From Squalus acanthias (Eukaryota), in the NCBI GenBank assembly GCA_030390025.1, contig CM059430.1:75144001-75208000 (forward strand): a stretch of 64,000 nt of DNA. The letters run 5' to 3'. The notes under the pieces were generated by a model. That model did not search any database. It saw only the letters and a list, made by a program, of their open reading frames with translations, and was not told the origin of the DNA. The position numbers were made by a program, and so were the translations under genes. This document shows positions 26,884-37,290 of this stretch, one piece after another (the first letter of the stretch is position 1; each line of letters starts with the position of its first letter).

Positions 26884-29800
26884 GTACCTGTTCATTCTGT
26901 AGCTTGCTTTCTCGCTAAAACGTGGAATTGCTTAACTTCCATTTGATACAACATGTTTCATTTTCCTTTGCACACATTGCCTGACTCAATTACCCTCGCG
27001 CTTTGTCTGTGTAATATTCTAAATAATTCGGTTTTGATCTTCTTTTCATATAGGCTGCTGCGAAACCTCGGTCAAAGTGACCCAGCTCCCTGAAAGCGCG
27101 AACATAAACATGGGTACAAGCGTTACCTTTCATTGCACGCTTCCCGTCTTTCAAGACGGACCAGGGGTGAATGCATACTGGTGGAAAAAGGGTGATAATA
27201 AATATCTAAGCACAGGACCTGATAACAGAACAATAACTGGCTCCAAAACTAAATTCAGCGGCTTCCTTCAGATAATCAATGTGAGTGTCCAGGACTCGGG
27301 AGTATATTATTGCACTGTCGCCCATCGAGGCAGAATAGTTGGAAACGGAACGGGATCCAATTTAGCTGTCTGGGGTAAGTATAAAAGAAGCGGCGAATGA
27401 GATCCATATGACTGTATTATTTCACACTGCGAAGCAATTCTAGATTGTGCTTTGCAGGATTCACAATGCAACTTAAATTCCAGTCGTTTCATTTGTATAT
27501 ATTCATATTGCACTGTTGATTGCTACACGTTACATCCTAATATGTATAACAATATTTCAGCAATATTAATCAAGACGAGCATTATCGGTTTTATCCCAAG
27601 TACACAGTAAGCATGAAAACAAAATGCATTTGAAGTTAAAATTGCAGTGTCCGTTAAGGATGTGTATAATGAATAGGAGCGGGTATCCACCACTGTAAGC
27701 ACGGATCTTACCCTAGTTACTGGCTTCTTTTGTCTGCGTTGGTTACGGAGGGCAGTCTGTTTCTATTTAGATTCAAATTCGCACATTTATAATCTAATGG
27801 TCTACTTCTTTAGATCTTTGAAAGCCAAATTGCTAACGGTTAAAGTCTGCACTCTGTAGCTTGACACTGGGACCCCTTATTTTAATCCTCATTGCAGCCT
27901 CCAGAAAATATGATTTAGCACCAGACCTTCGTGCCATAGCCCCTGTATCTTGAGTAAATTAGACTTCCTCATCAGTTGCTATGCTCAACGGTATGGAATT
28001 TGTCCACAGCCGTACCGCAGAACAAGCGACAGTGAATCGGCAGCCCGATATACACCACACTCAATGTTCTTTCAAATTAGAAAAGAAAAGCAGGCGAGCT
28101 GTAAATAGGGCGGCCTATTCGTTGTCATCCGCTTTTAGCCCGGCGAAAGCAGTTGAAATTAACGCCGACATAAAATTGACATTTATGGAAGATGCCGTTT
28201 ACGGTGTAGGTACCTATAGCGCTCAGTGAACACCAGGCCCCCACCACTAACTCAACTCCGCGCCCACATTGTGCTGTTAGGAATGGGCTAAAAAAAAATG
28301 ATGGGCTGGTAAACTTGAATAATGTCCAAGTAACGTTCTTTTCCCCCATTTTTCTAGTTCCGCCAACTCCACTGAAAATTGTCTCTCTGGAACCTGAAAA
28401 GGATTCCCCAGCGTCTTTGACTGTATTGTGCACAACATCTCCCTTTTACCCGCAGAATATCAGCTTCACATGGTATAAGAATGGCACTAAGATTACAACA
28501 AGGATAAAAAACACCAATCAACCCAACACTGATGGACTATATGAAGCTTCCAGCCGGTTAGAAGAGACGCAGGCTGTCCAGACCGGGACCGTTTATACCT
28601 GTCTGATGTCTCACAGTACACTCAAAATTTCAGCCACGGCCACACATATTGTCACCTACGCGAATACTGGTAAGATTTCAGACAGAATCATGGAAGCTTA
28701 CAGCACAGAAAGAGGCCATTAGTCCCGGCGTGCCTTTGCGGGCTCATTGAAAGATCTGGCCAATTTAATCCCCAGGCTAGTTTTTTTCCCCATAACTGCA
28801 AATTAGTCCTCTTCGACTGCACGTCCAATTGCCTTTTTTAAAGTTCCTATGGAAACTGGTTCCACCAACCTTTCTGGCAATGCTTTCTGAATCCTTACAA
28901 TACTTCGAAAGAAATTAATTCTCCTCAATTCTCCTCTAGTTTTTAATCAATAATTTTAAATCTATGACCAACACATTTTCCAGAGCAAACAGTTTCTACC
29001 TACTTGTTCCATCAAAACCTCTCATATTTTTGAATTCCTCTATTCGGTATCCCCTAAATCGTCTCTGCTCCAATGAGAATAATTCCAGATTCTCCAATCT
29101 CTCTAGATAACTGCAGGTCCCCATCACTGTTATCGGCCTACTAACCCGCCTCTGTACCCTTTCCAGGAACTTGAAATTCTTCCTAAATTGTGGTGCACAG
29201 AATTGAACACAGAACTCCAGTTGAGGGCTAGACTGTGATTTGTAAAGGTTTAGCATGAATTCCTTGTTTTTGTATTCACTGCCTCTATTTACAAAGTCAA
29301 TTATCGCATGTGCTTAATTAACCACCTCATCATCCTGCCCTTTCAGTCAAAGATTTGTTAAAATGCACCGGAGTTTCCCTGCCACAGTAAGCCCCTCAAA
29401 ATAGTACCATTTCGATTATACTGCCTCTCCATGTTGTTTCACCCAATGTGCACATTAAACCTGTCCGCATTAAATTGATCCTGACATGTGTCTGCCCGTG
29501 TCACCACTCCATCTATGTCCTGCTGAAGTCTGCTTCTATCCTCCTCACTATCTACTACGTTGCCAGGTTTAGCATCATCTGCAAACTTCGAAATCGTACT
29601 CCCTGTATCCAAATCCTGGTCATTTAGGTATATCAAGAAAAGCATTGTCTAAATACCTATCCAGGGGGTCCACACTCCATACTTCTCTGCAGTCAGAAAA
29701 GGCATTCTTTCACCACTTCACTCTGCCACCTTTCACTATGTTTTAATTCCTTTATGGAATGTTGGCGTCGGTAGCAAGGCCAGTATTTATTGCCCATTCC

Positions 29801-32800
29801 TAATTGCCCATGAGAAGGTGGTGGTGAGCCGCCTTCTTGAACCTGCTGCAGTCCGTGTGGCGAAGGTACTCCCACAGTGCTGTTAGGGTGGGAGTTCCAA
29901 GATTTTTACCCAGCGACGATGAAGGATCGGCGATATACTTCTAAGTCAGGATGGTGTGTGACTTGGAGGGGAATTTGGAGGAGGTGGAGTTCCCATACGC
30001 CTGCTGCCCTTGTCCTTCTAGGTGGGAGAGGTCGCGGGTTTGGGCGATGCTTCCGAAGAAGCCTTGGCGAGTTGCTGCAGTGCATCTTGTAGATGGTACA
30101 CACTGCAGCCATGGTATGCCGGTGGTGGAGGGTGTGAATGTTTAAGGTGATGGATGGGGTGCTAATCAATTTGGCTGCTTTGTCTTCGAAGCTGCCGAGC
30201 TTCCTGAGGGTTGTTGGAGCTTCTCTCATGCAGCCAAGTGGAGAGTATTCCATCACACTCCTTACTTGTGCATTGTAGATTGTGGAAAGAATTTTGGGAG
30301 TCAGGAGGTGAGACACTCATCGCAGAATACATAACCTCTGACCTGCTCTTGTTGCCACAGTATTTATGTTGCTGCTCCAGTTAAGTTTCTAGTCAATGGT
30401 GACCTCCAGAATGTTGATGGCGGGAGATTCAGCGGTGGTAACGCCGTTGAATGTCAAGGAGTGTTGGTTGGACTCTCGCTTGTTGGAGATATGCATTGCC
30501 TGGCCCTTGTTTTATGCGTATCTTATCTTCCACTTATCAGTCCAAGCCTGAACGTCGTCCAGGTCTTGTTGCATGCGGGCATGGACTGCTTCATTATCTG
30601 AGGAGTTCTAAATGGCACTGAACACTGAGTACTCATCAGTGAACATCCCCATTTCTGAACTTATGTTGCAGGGAAGTTCACTGATGAAGCAGCTGAATGG
30701 TGGGCCTAAGCGCACTACCCTGAGGAACTCCTGCAGCGTTGTCCTGAGGCTGTGATGATTGGCCTTCCACCACCGCAAACATCTTCCTTTGTGCTAGGTA
30801 TGACTCCAGCCAGTGGAGAGTTTCGTCCCCGATTTCCATTGACTTCAGTTTTACTAGAGCTCCTTGATGCCACACTCGGTCAAATGCTGCCTTAATATCT
30901 AAGGCAGTCACTCTCACCTCATCTCTGGAATTCAGCTCCTTTGTCCATGTTTGGACCAAAGCTGTAATGAGGTATAGAGCTAAGTGGTTTTGTCGGAACC
31001 CAAACTGCGCATCAGAGACCAGATTATTGGTGAGTAAGTGCCGCTTGATAGCACTGTCTTGGGCACCTTCCATCACTTTGCTAATGATTGAGAGCGGACT
31101 GATTGAGCGGTAATTGACGGTTTTGATTTATCCTGCTTCTTGTGGACAGGACAGACCGGGGCAGTTTTTCACATTGTCGGATAGATGCCAGTGTTGTAGC
31201 TGTACTGGCGCAGCTTGGCTAGAGGTGCTAGTTCTGGAGCACAAGTCTACAGCAGGATTGCCGGGATGTTGTCAGGGCCCATAGCCTTTGATGTATCGAG
31301 TGCGCTCCGCCATTTCTTGATATCAGGTGGAGTGAATCGAATTGGCTGAAGACTGGCATCTGTGATAGTGCAGACGTCAGGAGGAAGCAGATATGGGTCA
31401 TCCACTCGGTACTGCTTGCTGAAGATGGTTGCAAACGCTTCAGTCTTGTCTTTTGCACTCACGTGCTGGTCTCCACAATCATTGAGGATGGGGTTATTCA
31501 TGGAGCCTCCTCCTGCCGTTAGTTGTTTAATGCCCCACCACCATTAGGTACCCAAGATAACACCATCCCTAAATTCCTATGCGCTGCTATTTGCCGAATA
31601 AGTCTATTATGAGTTAATTTGGCAAATGCCATTTTAAAGTCTACATAACTTTTGACCGACCTTCATCAACCCTCTCTGTTACTTAATCAAACAGCTCAAT
31701 CAGGTTAATCAGACATGATTTTCCTTTAACAAATCGATGTTAGCTGTCCCTTATTAACCTCCGAGTGAGGATTAATGTTGTCCTTACCAAGGGTCTACAG
31801 TAATTTTCCCGCCATTAACGTTGGACTTACTAGACTGTAGTTAACTGGTTTATCTATCTCAATTATCGTGGAAGTAAACTGTTTGCTGTGATCCATCCCC
31901 TCATCATTTGTTTACTTTTACTCAGATACAATTAACCGCGGAGTTCTGCCAGGTGTTGTGCTCCATGGTCTCTGCAACAGCTGTTGGACATCTTCTGCCC
32001 CAGTGGAAGTCACGGTCAAGGTGTGGAACTGACGTGTGGGACAGTATCCCACAGTAACTCGCACCCTGTGGTACCAAGTAGTAACATGTCGGAGCTGGAC
32101 CGCTAGCTCCTGCAATCCTAAAATCGTGTTGTAATATTCAGCAAGCTTTACATTTAGTAACTTCTTTTAACCGTCCTTTAAAACAACAAACTAAGCATGA
32201 TCGAACTAAATTCAGAGGCAATAAAAATGGGGAGAAATGTAAATCAATCTGCCGATTGGCTATCGTCCATTTTACAGTAAAGGATACAATCACATTTGAG
32301 TTTCAGCCAAGATAAAGTAAAATAACTATTCTTTAAAAATGAAAAATTAAACAATGATCAACATTTGAATTTTGTTTCATAAAGTTGTACCTTAACACAA
32401 AAAAATAAATGACAAAAATTGATTTTAATATTTTAATTTTTCTCATCTTTGTGTTCATTGTCTTATTGAATTGAACAGTGTAAGGCTTCATCTTGATATA
32501 TTTCATCTAAATCTTGTAGGTGGTGAGATCATCCATTACTTGCTGATTTCTGCAAGTGCCGGGGGCGGGTTGGTAGTCCTGCTGTTTGCTCTGCTCATTG
32601 GGAAGCGATGTGGCTCAAAGAAAAATAAAGGTAAGAAATTATTTAATATTTGTACTTAATTATGAACAACTTTCAAACAGAGAGTGAGCGAGAACTTCCT
32701 GTTATATGCAGAGAAAAAGTTAGTTGATTGCAAATGAACGTTTCAAATAACAGTTCTGTCCCACAGGAACAGGGGTGGTTGCTGAACATAAGATTGTATT

Positions 32801-35800
32801 CTGGGTTTTGAACTATATGGGAAGCTTTACAGTCACCCCAGTCAGCTTCATTTACACAAATTGCAGCAACTGATGTATTGAATATGGGTTTCATCACTAC
32901 CGCTGCAGCGGTAGATTCGAATTTCTAAAGTTTGTTGGAATTTTCCGAGGGCCCCCCAACCATCGACGGACTGGCACTCCGCTTTATTGGAAAATCATTT
33001 TTCTTTGTGTGCGAGTTTAAGCCATTCGGGACAATGAACAGAGAATTGTGGGTAGTGCCTCCTCAATTTTCTAATCAGTATCCAGTCACGTGCAATGCCT
33101 CGCCGGCAACTGAAAATGTAATTGTCAAAAACAGTCCGGAAACCAAGCAATTCCTTAAAATGTGATAGCTAGATCATGTTATACTTTAAATTGAATCTAC
33201 CCAAAGTGTCTTTCCAGGCTGAGTAAGTGCGTCATTGTAAAGTCTTGAACTTCATTCATTACCAGGAGCACAGAACGATGGCGAAAGATCCGACTATCGC
33301 GAACAGCCGGTATGAGTATACATAACAGACTTGTATTCTATTTAATGCAATAATTTGTTACTTTTTATTTATTGCTGTAAAGCTTCATACAAATATAGCG
33401 AAGAGTGACTTCAGCACTTATGCAACACAGACATGGAAACAATCTTCGTCAATAGGTCGGCGGCAGCTGAATTGTAACTGTCATCTGTTGATTGTGAATA
33501 AACATATTGCTTAAAAGTTACCGTCAACTTTAATTAATAGTAAATAACAGAATTTGCCTTCTGGACACAGCGGACAGTATGTTGGCGGCAGACCAAAATG
33601 TTGTGCCCAGTAACTAACTCTGGACTTAATCCAAAGTACGAGAGTTCATATCCTATCATGCTAGTTTGAGATTGTGAATTCAATTTTCAAAATCTGTAAG
33701 TAAAATATGTTGTCTGTAGAACTGCCCATGAAGCTGTGGGATTGTCTTAAAACCCCAACTGGTTCACTAATGTTCGTCAGGGAAAGGAACCTTCAAACTT
33801 ACCCGGTCTGCTCTGTATGTGACTCCAGTCCACACCAAGTTGGTTGACACTTAACTGCCTCCTGAAGGCTCCTCTCAAGCCCAGCACCACCACTTTCTGA
33901 GGCAAACTGGGGATGGACAATGAATGCCGGCCTTGCCCGCGATGCCCACATCTCTAGAATTAAAATTAAAACCAGCACAAGGTCACAGGCTGGCGGTGCC
34001 AGTTTAGTGATCTGTTGTTCCCGCGTCTGCCCAGAGAACAGAAACTGAATTTTGGGTGAATTTGCCGAAATGTTAGAATAAAAGGAGGCTGGTGACGATT
34101 AATCAGCATTCCCTTCTGTCGCCTCATTCTCCCGTGATAGTAGACAACAGAATTTGGAACATAACATTGTATTCTGGGTTTTGAACTATATGGGAAGCTT
34201 TACAGTCACCCCAGTCTGCTTCATTTACACAATGTCAACGCCCAACGTTCACCTCCTTGGGCGGAATTTGCTGCTTCACCGCACAGGCCGTGAGACCAAG
34301 CAAGCACGGATAAACTTATCGGAAAATTTAGGGTTATTTGCCCGCCATATTTAAATCAATAAACAGAAACGAGCTGGCACTAACTATAGATTTTCTAATA
34401 TATATCGCCTGTTGAATGTGATTAACGATCGTGGGAAGCGTCCCGAAAATTCCAGCCCATCAAGAGAGTTATTCCAAACATATCTGATTCTTTCAGTGTA
34501 TATGTTTTTCCTGATATCTGTTCGACATTTGCTTTCCATTTGTATCCCTAGTTCTAATTCTTTTCCGTGATTGAGTCATCAGGATCTACCTTAAAGTGAA
34601 AGAGAGATGGACATTGATGTATAAAGAATCATAAATACATATATATGTATAGATATAAATATATATATATATATATAGTTATAGATATAGAAATAGATAT
34701 TGTGACATTGTAGATGAATTAAAAGCTGAACATAAGATTCTGTTTTTAGTCCAGGAGATCAATGACAAGCTTTAATAATATCTCTTGTAGCCCATGTTCT
34801 GATCCTTGATTCCAGAACTCTATTCTCTGTTTACTTGTCTTAACATCGAAAGTGAGCTGACTACTGTTAACCCCAGACCCCTTTCTGTCTCTCTGTGCTA
34901 ATTCAAATCCACGCATTGTAAAACTACGACACACTTTCCCTATTATGTTTAAAACTCAATTTTATAGATTCGAAACATTTTTCCTATTTTTTGCTGCAGC
35001 GAAATTGTAACTTCAAGTGTGGAAACCTTGCCAGATGGATGTTAATTCAATTAGACTACCCCTATCAATGGACTTCAGGGATGAATTTTGATTCCTTATT
35101 TTTCTTTATTTTCTTGATCTGCAAATTCGCGGCATTTCCTCAAATTGGGCGGGATACCCGTGGAAGTCGCAGAAAAACGACGTAAAGAGCGCGTTATGCC
35201 TACTACAATTTTGCTATGGGGCTTCTGGTGGTCACCCATAAAAGTGAGATCAAGAGACCGGTTGCAGCTACGCGGAATTTTAGGGGTAGATTTTTATCTT
35301 TAGCGTCTGGGCATTTAGCAAAACATGGGCGGAGCTCAGAAATGGAAAGCTGGTGGGGAGGATCGCACGTCAGGAGGGAATTTCTTTACATTCTTTTCAA
35401 TGGTAGGAATTTGCGTCAGGTTCTGTTGCCAGCAGCGGCTCCGCAAGATTTTACAATCCATGCTCAGCCCTGATGATGCATCAGGTCCAGGCGGAAAAGA
35501 AGAAATCTCCTTGCACCCTCCCCAAACTGTTCGTATATGTGTGATAATGCGACTGATTACGCCTGCTGGGCACTGACGGCGCAGACACGGAGTACAGACA
35601 AGGAGCTCGTGGCACCAGTGACTGATATTCCATCCATTCATTTAATGGATGGACACTGGACCTGCGAATTTCGGGCCTGCTCGCATCGTTCTGCGCAGGG
35701 AGCGCCCAACCGCGGTATCTGCCCTAAGAGCATAACACATTTTGTTTTGCTATTCCTTCTATGCAGGGAACAGCCGATGTATTGGTGACTTATGCCGCAC

Positions 35801-36246
35801 TAGTACCGACCAATTCCCGGAAAGGTCCAAGACCAAAGCATCAAGAGAGGACAGTGTATGCCCAGGTAAGGCTGAGGAGAAGAACGAAGAGGCACAGATT
35901 ACCTGTAATTAACGGGCATGTGAGGTAGTGTAAGAAATACCTTCAGTAGTTATTTGGTAATCTTTTATATTTAATGCTAATTCTGCGAGGATCCTGCTAT
36001 ACAATGACTGTGCGAAATACTAGACTACAAAAAACTACAATGTCGAAGTAATGATATTCCCAAACCTTGATTTCACAGACCAAGCAAAGGGCGCCTGATA
36101 ATAAGCTGACCTACGCTGCTCTAGACATGACAGGCTCCAAGAAAACAGCAAAGCCTAATTTTAAGGATAAGACCACGGAGTATGCTCAGCTACAGATGAA
36201 AAATCAAACAGCAGACGTTATTTACACGGAACGAAAATCCAAGTAA
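26829..36246 (+). CDS. Gene A: inhibitory-type V-C1 Ig-superfamily receptor (SIRP-alpha-like tail), 7 exons, 369 aa
   Basis: join(26829..26883,27054..27374,28358..28669,32520..32630,33266..33309,35767..35865,36079..36246) = 1110 nt. All introns GT-AG, phases 1,1,1,1,0,0 are consistent, no internal stop. Signal peptide, V-set, C1-set, uncharged TM, tail with VTYAAL, TVYAQ, LTYAAL, TEYAQL. Confidence 0.9.
27054..27374 (+). CDS. Gene A exon 2, VJ-type Ig V domain
   Basis: VTQ..VTFHC..YWW..LQIINVSVQDSGVYYC..GNGTGSNLAV. Acceptor ttttcatatag, donor G|GTAAGT. Confidence 0.95.
28358..28669 (+). CDS. Gene A exon 3, Ig C1-set domain
   Basis: LCTTSPFYPQNISFTWYKNG..DGLYEASSRL..YTCLMSH is the C1 signature. 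Acceptor tttttctag, donor G|GTAAGA. Confidence 0.95.
28680..31860 (-). mobile_element. Decayed CR1 in gene A intron 3, interrupted by a second LINE at ~29755-31545 (HER1-type)
   Basis: ISKFADDAK and LEFCVQF peptides. The nested element has RT motifs QFGFR..LDIKAAFDRVWH..GVPQGS. Confidence 0.8.
32520..32630 (+). CDS. Gene A exon 4, transmembrane segment
   Basis: GGEIIHYLLISASAGGGLVVLLFALLIGKRCGSKKNK: hydrophobic stretch with basic stop-transfer residues, phase 1/1, AG and GTAAG sites. Confidence 0.9.
33266..33309 (+). CDS. Gene A exon 5, short cytoplasmic exon GAQNDGERSDYREQP
   Basis: accag| ... CCG|GTATGA. The 44 nt convert phase 1 to phase 0, as exon 6 requires. Confidence 0.75.
33590..33960 (+). 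mobile_element. HE1-like SINE in gene A intron 5
   Basis: ccatgaagctg..ccaactggttcactaatg..gtgactccag..gatgcccacatc. Confidence 0.55.
35767..35865 (+). CDS. Gene A exon 6, cytoplasmic ITIM (VTYAAL) plus TVYAQ
   Basis: Pyrimidine tract and atgcag acceptor, CAG|GTAAGG donor. Translates GTADVLVTYAALVPTNSRKGPRPKHQERTVYAQ. Confidence 0.88.
36079..36246 (+). CDS. Gene A exon 7, terminal exon with LTYAAL and TEYAQL
   Basis: tttcacag acceptor. Translates TKQRAPDNKLTYAALDMTGSKKTAKPNFKDKTTEYAQLQMKNQTADVIYTERKSK-stop. Confidence 0.88.
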   Translation, partial: TKQRAPDNKLTYAALDMTGSKKTAKPNFKDKTTEYAQLQMKNQTADVIYTERKSK

Positions 36247-36314
36247 TATTGGCGTCCAATGCGGAACCCGTTTTATTTCTGTATATCTAACACGAGCCTA
36301 ATTATCCAAACATC

Positions 36315-36320
36315 AATAAA
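36315..36320 (+). terminator. Candidate polyadenylation signal of gene A
   Basis: AATAAA about 70 nt after the stop codon. Another AATAAA lies near 37703. Confidence 0.4.
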
Positions 36321-36927
36321 AGGCAAAATAATTGCAACTATTCTAAGGTGGAGAGCACCAGTTTAGAAATAGTTACCAAATAATGGCCACCATGGATTAG
36401 AAGCGGCGCTCCTGTCTGACCCTCCCATTCGCCTTATTTTTAAAGCTGCGGATGAAATAGATTGTAAAAACCCACTGACACAATGCCCAAGTTTTGCTCT
36501 AACAAGTTCCAGCCGTTCAGGGACAGGCATCTGATTCGAGTTCGCACTTCTATTTGATGGTTGCTGTTTTGTGCTGTTTGAATTCTGTTCAGCTTTGGAA
36601 AGGGTTGGATTTAGCTCGGTTTCACGATTGGCAGATAATTCCTAAATCACAACCCCGTGATCGCTCAGTTATCAGTAATTGATTCAATTGAAAATTAATA
36701 ACAACGTGCATTTAATCTTCATGGGGTATAAAATCGTCTTGAACGGGAGCGCAAATATTGGCGCTAGAGAATAGACAAATGGTTTGCACTCGTTTATCCT
36801 TTATATTGAAGTCTGGCGTTAGGGATTGGATTGGCTGCATGCAGCAAAATTAATCTCACTGAACAGGAAATGAGTTGGATGAATTAATTAATTGAACTGC
36901 ATTTATATAGTGATATCTGAGATCTAT

Positions 36928-37290
36928 GGCCCGTATTTTCCGATTGGAGGCTTCCTGCGGGCAGAGACCTCCGATCTGGAAAAAAATCTATTAACTTATC
37001 TGAGGTTTCCCGAGGTGTGTATATTTCCTCTCCTGAGCCTCTGCAAACTCGAAATGCGCAGGGCCCACGTATCCTCGAGGTGCATGCAGTTCGCAAGCTT
37101 CACTGGGATCACCTGTGCCATGGGGAGCCAATAGGAGAAGGGAATCTCCCAGATACACTTGACAGATAGTCCTGTCAAATATATGAATGGAGAACACCCT
37201 AAAAACGCTGTAAAACATTTTTTTTAAAACAGCATCACATTTTTAAAATGAGTTGAAATTACAATAAATTAAATATTTTAAACAAAAACT
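36928..37290. mobile_element. Same MITE family, truncated copy in reverse orientation
   Basis: Starts ggcccgtattttccga and matches the reverse complement of the right half of copies 1 and 2. Confidence 0.65.

Noticed and set aside
27603-27627. cacagta...acaaaatgc after the gene A V exon as a possible RSS
   Set aside because: The spacer is 9 nt, not 12 or 23, the nonamer is poor, and the V exon already includes its J-like strand and splice donor.
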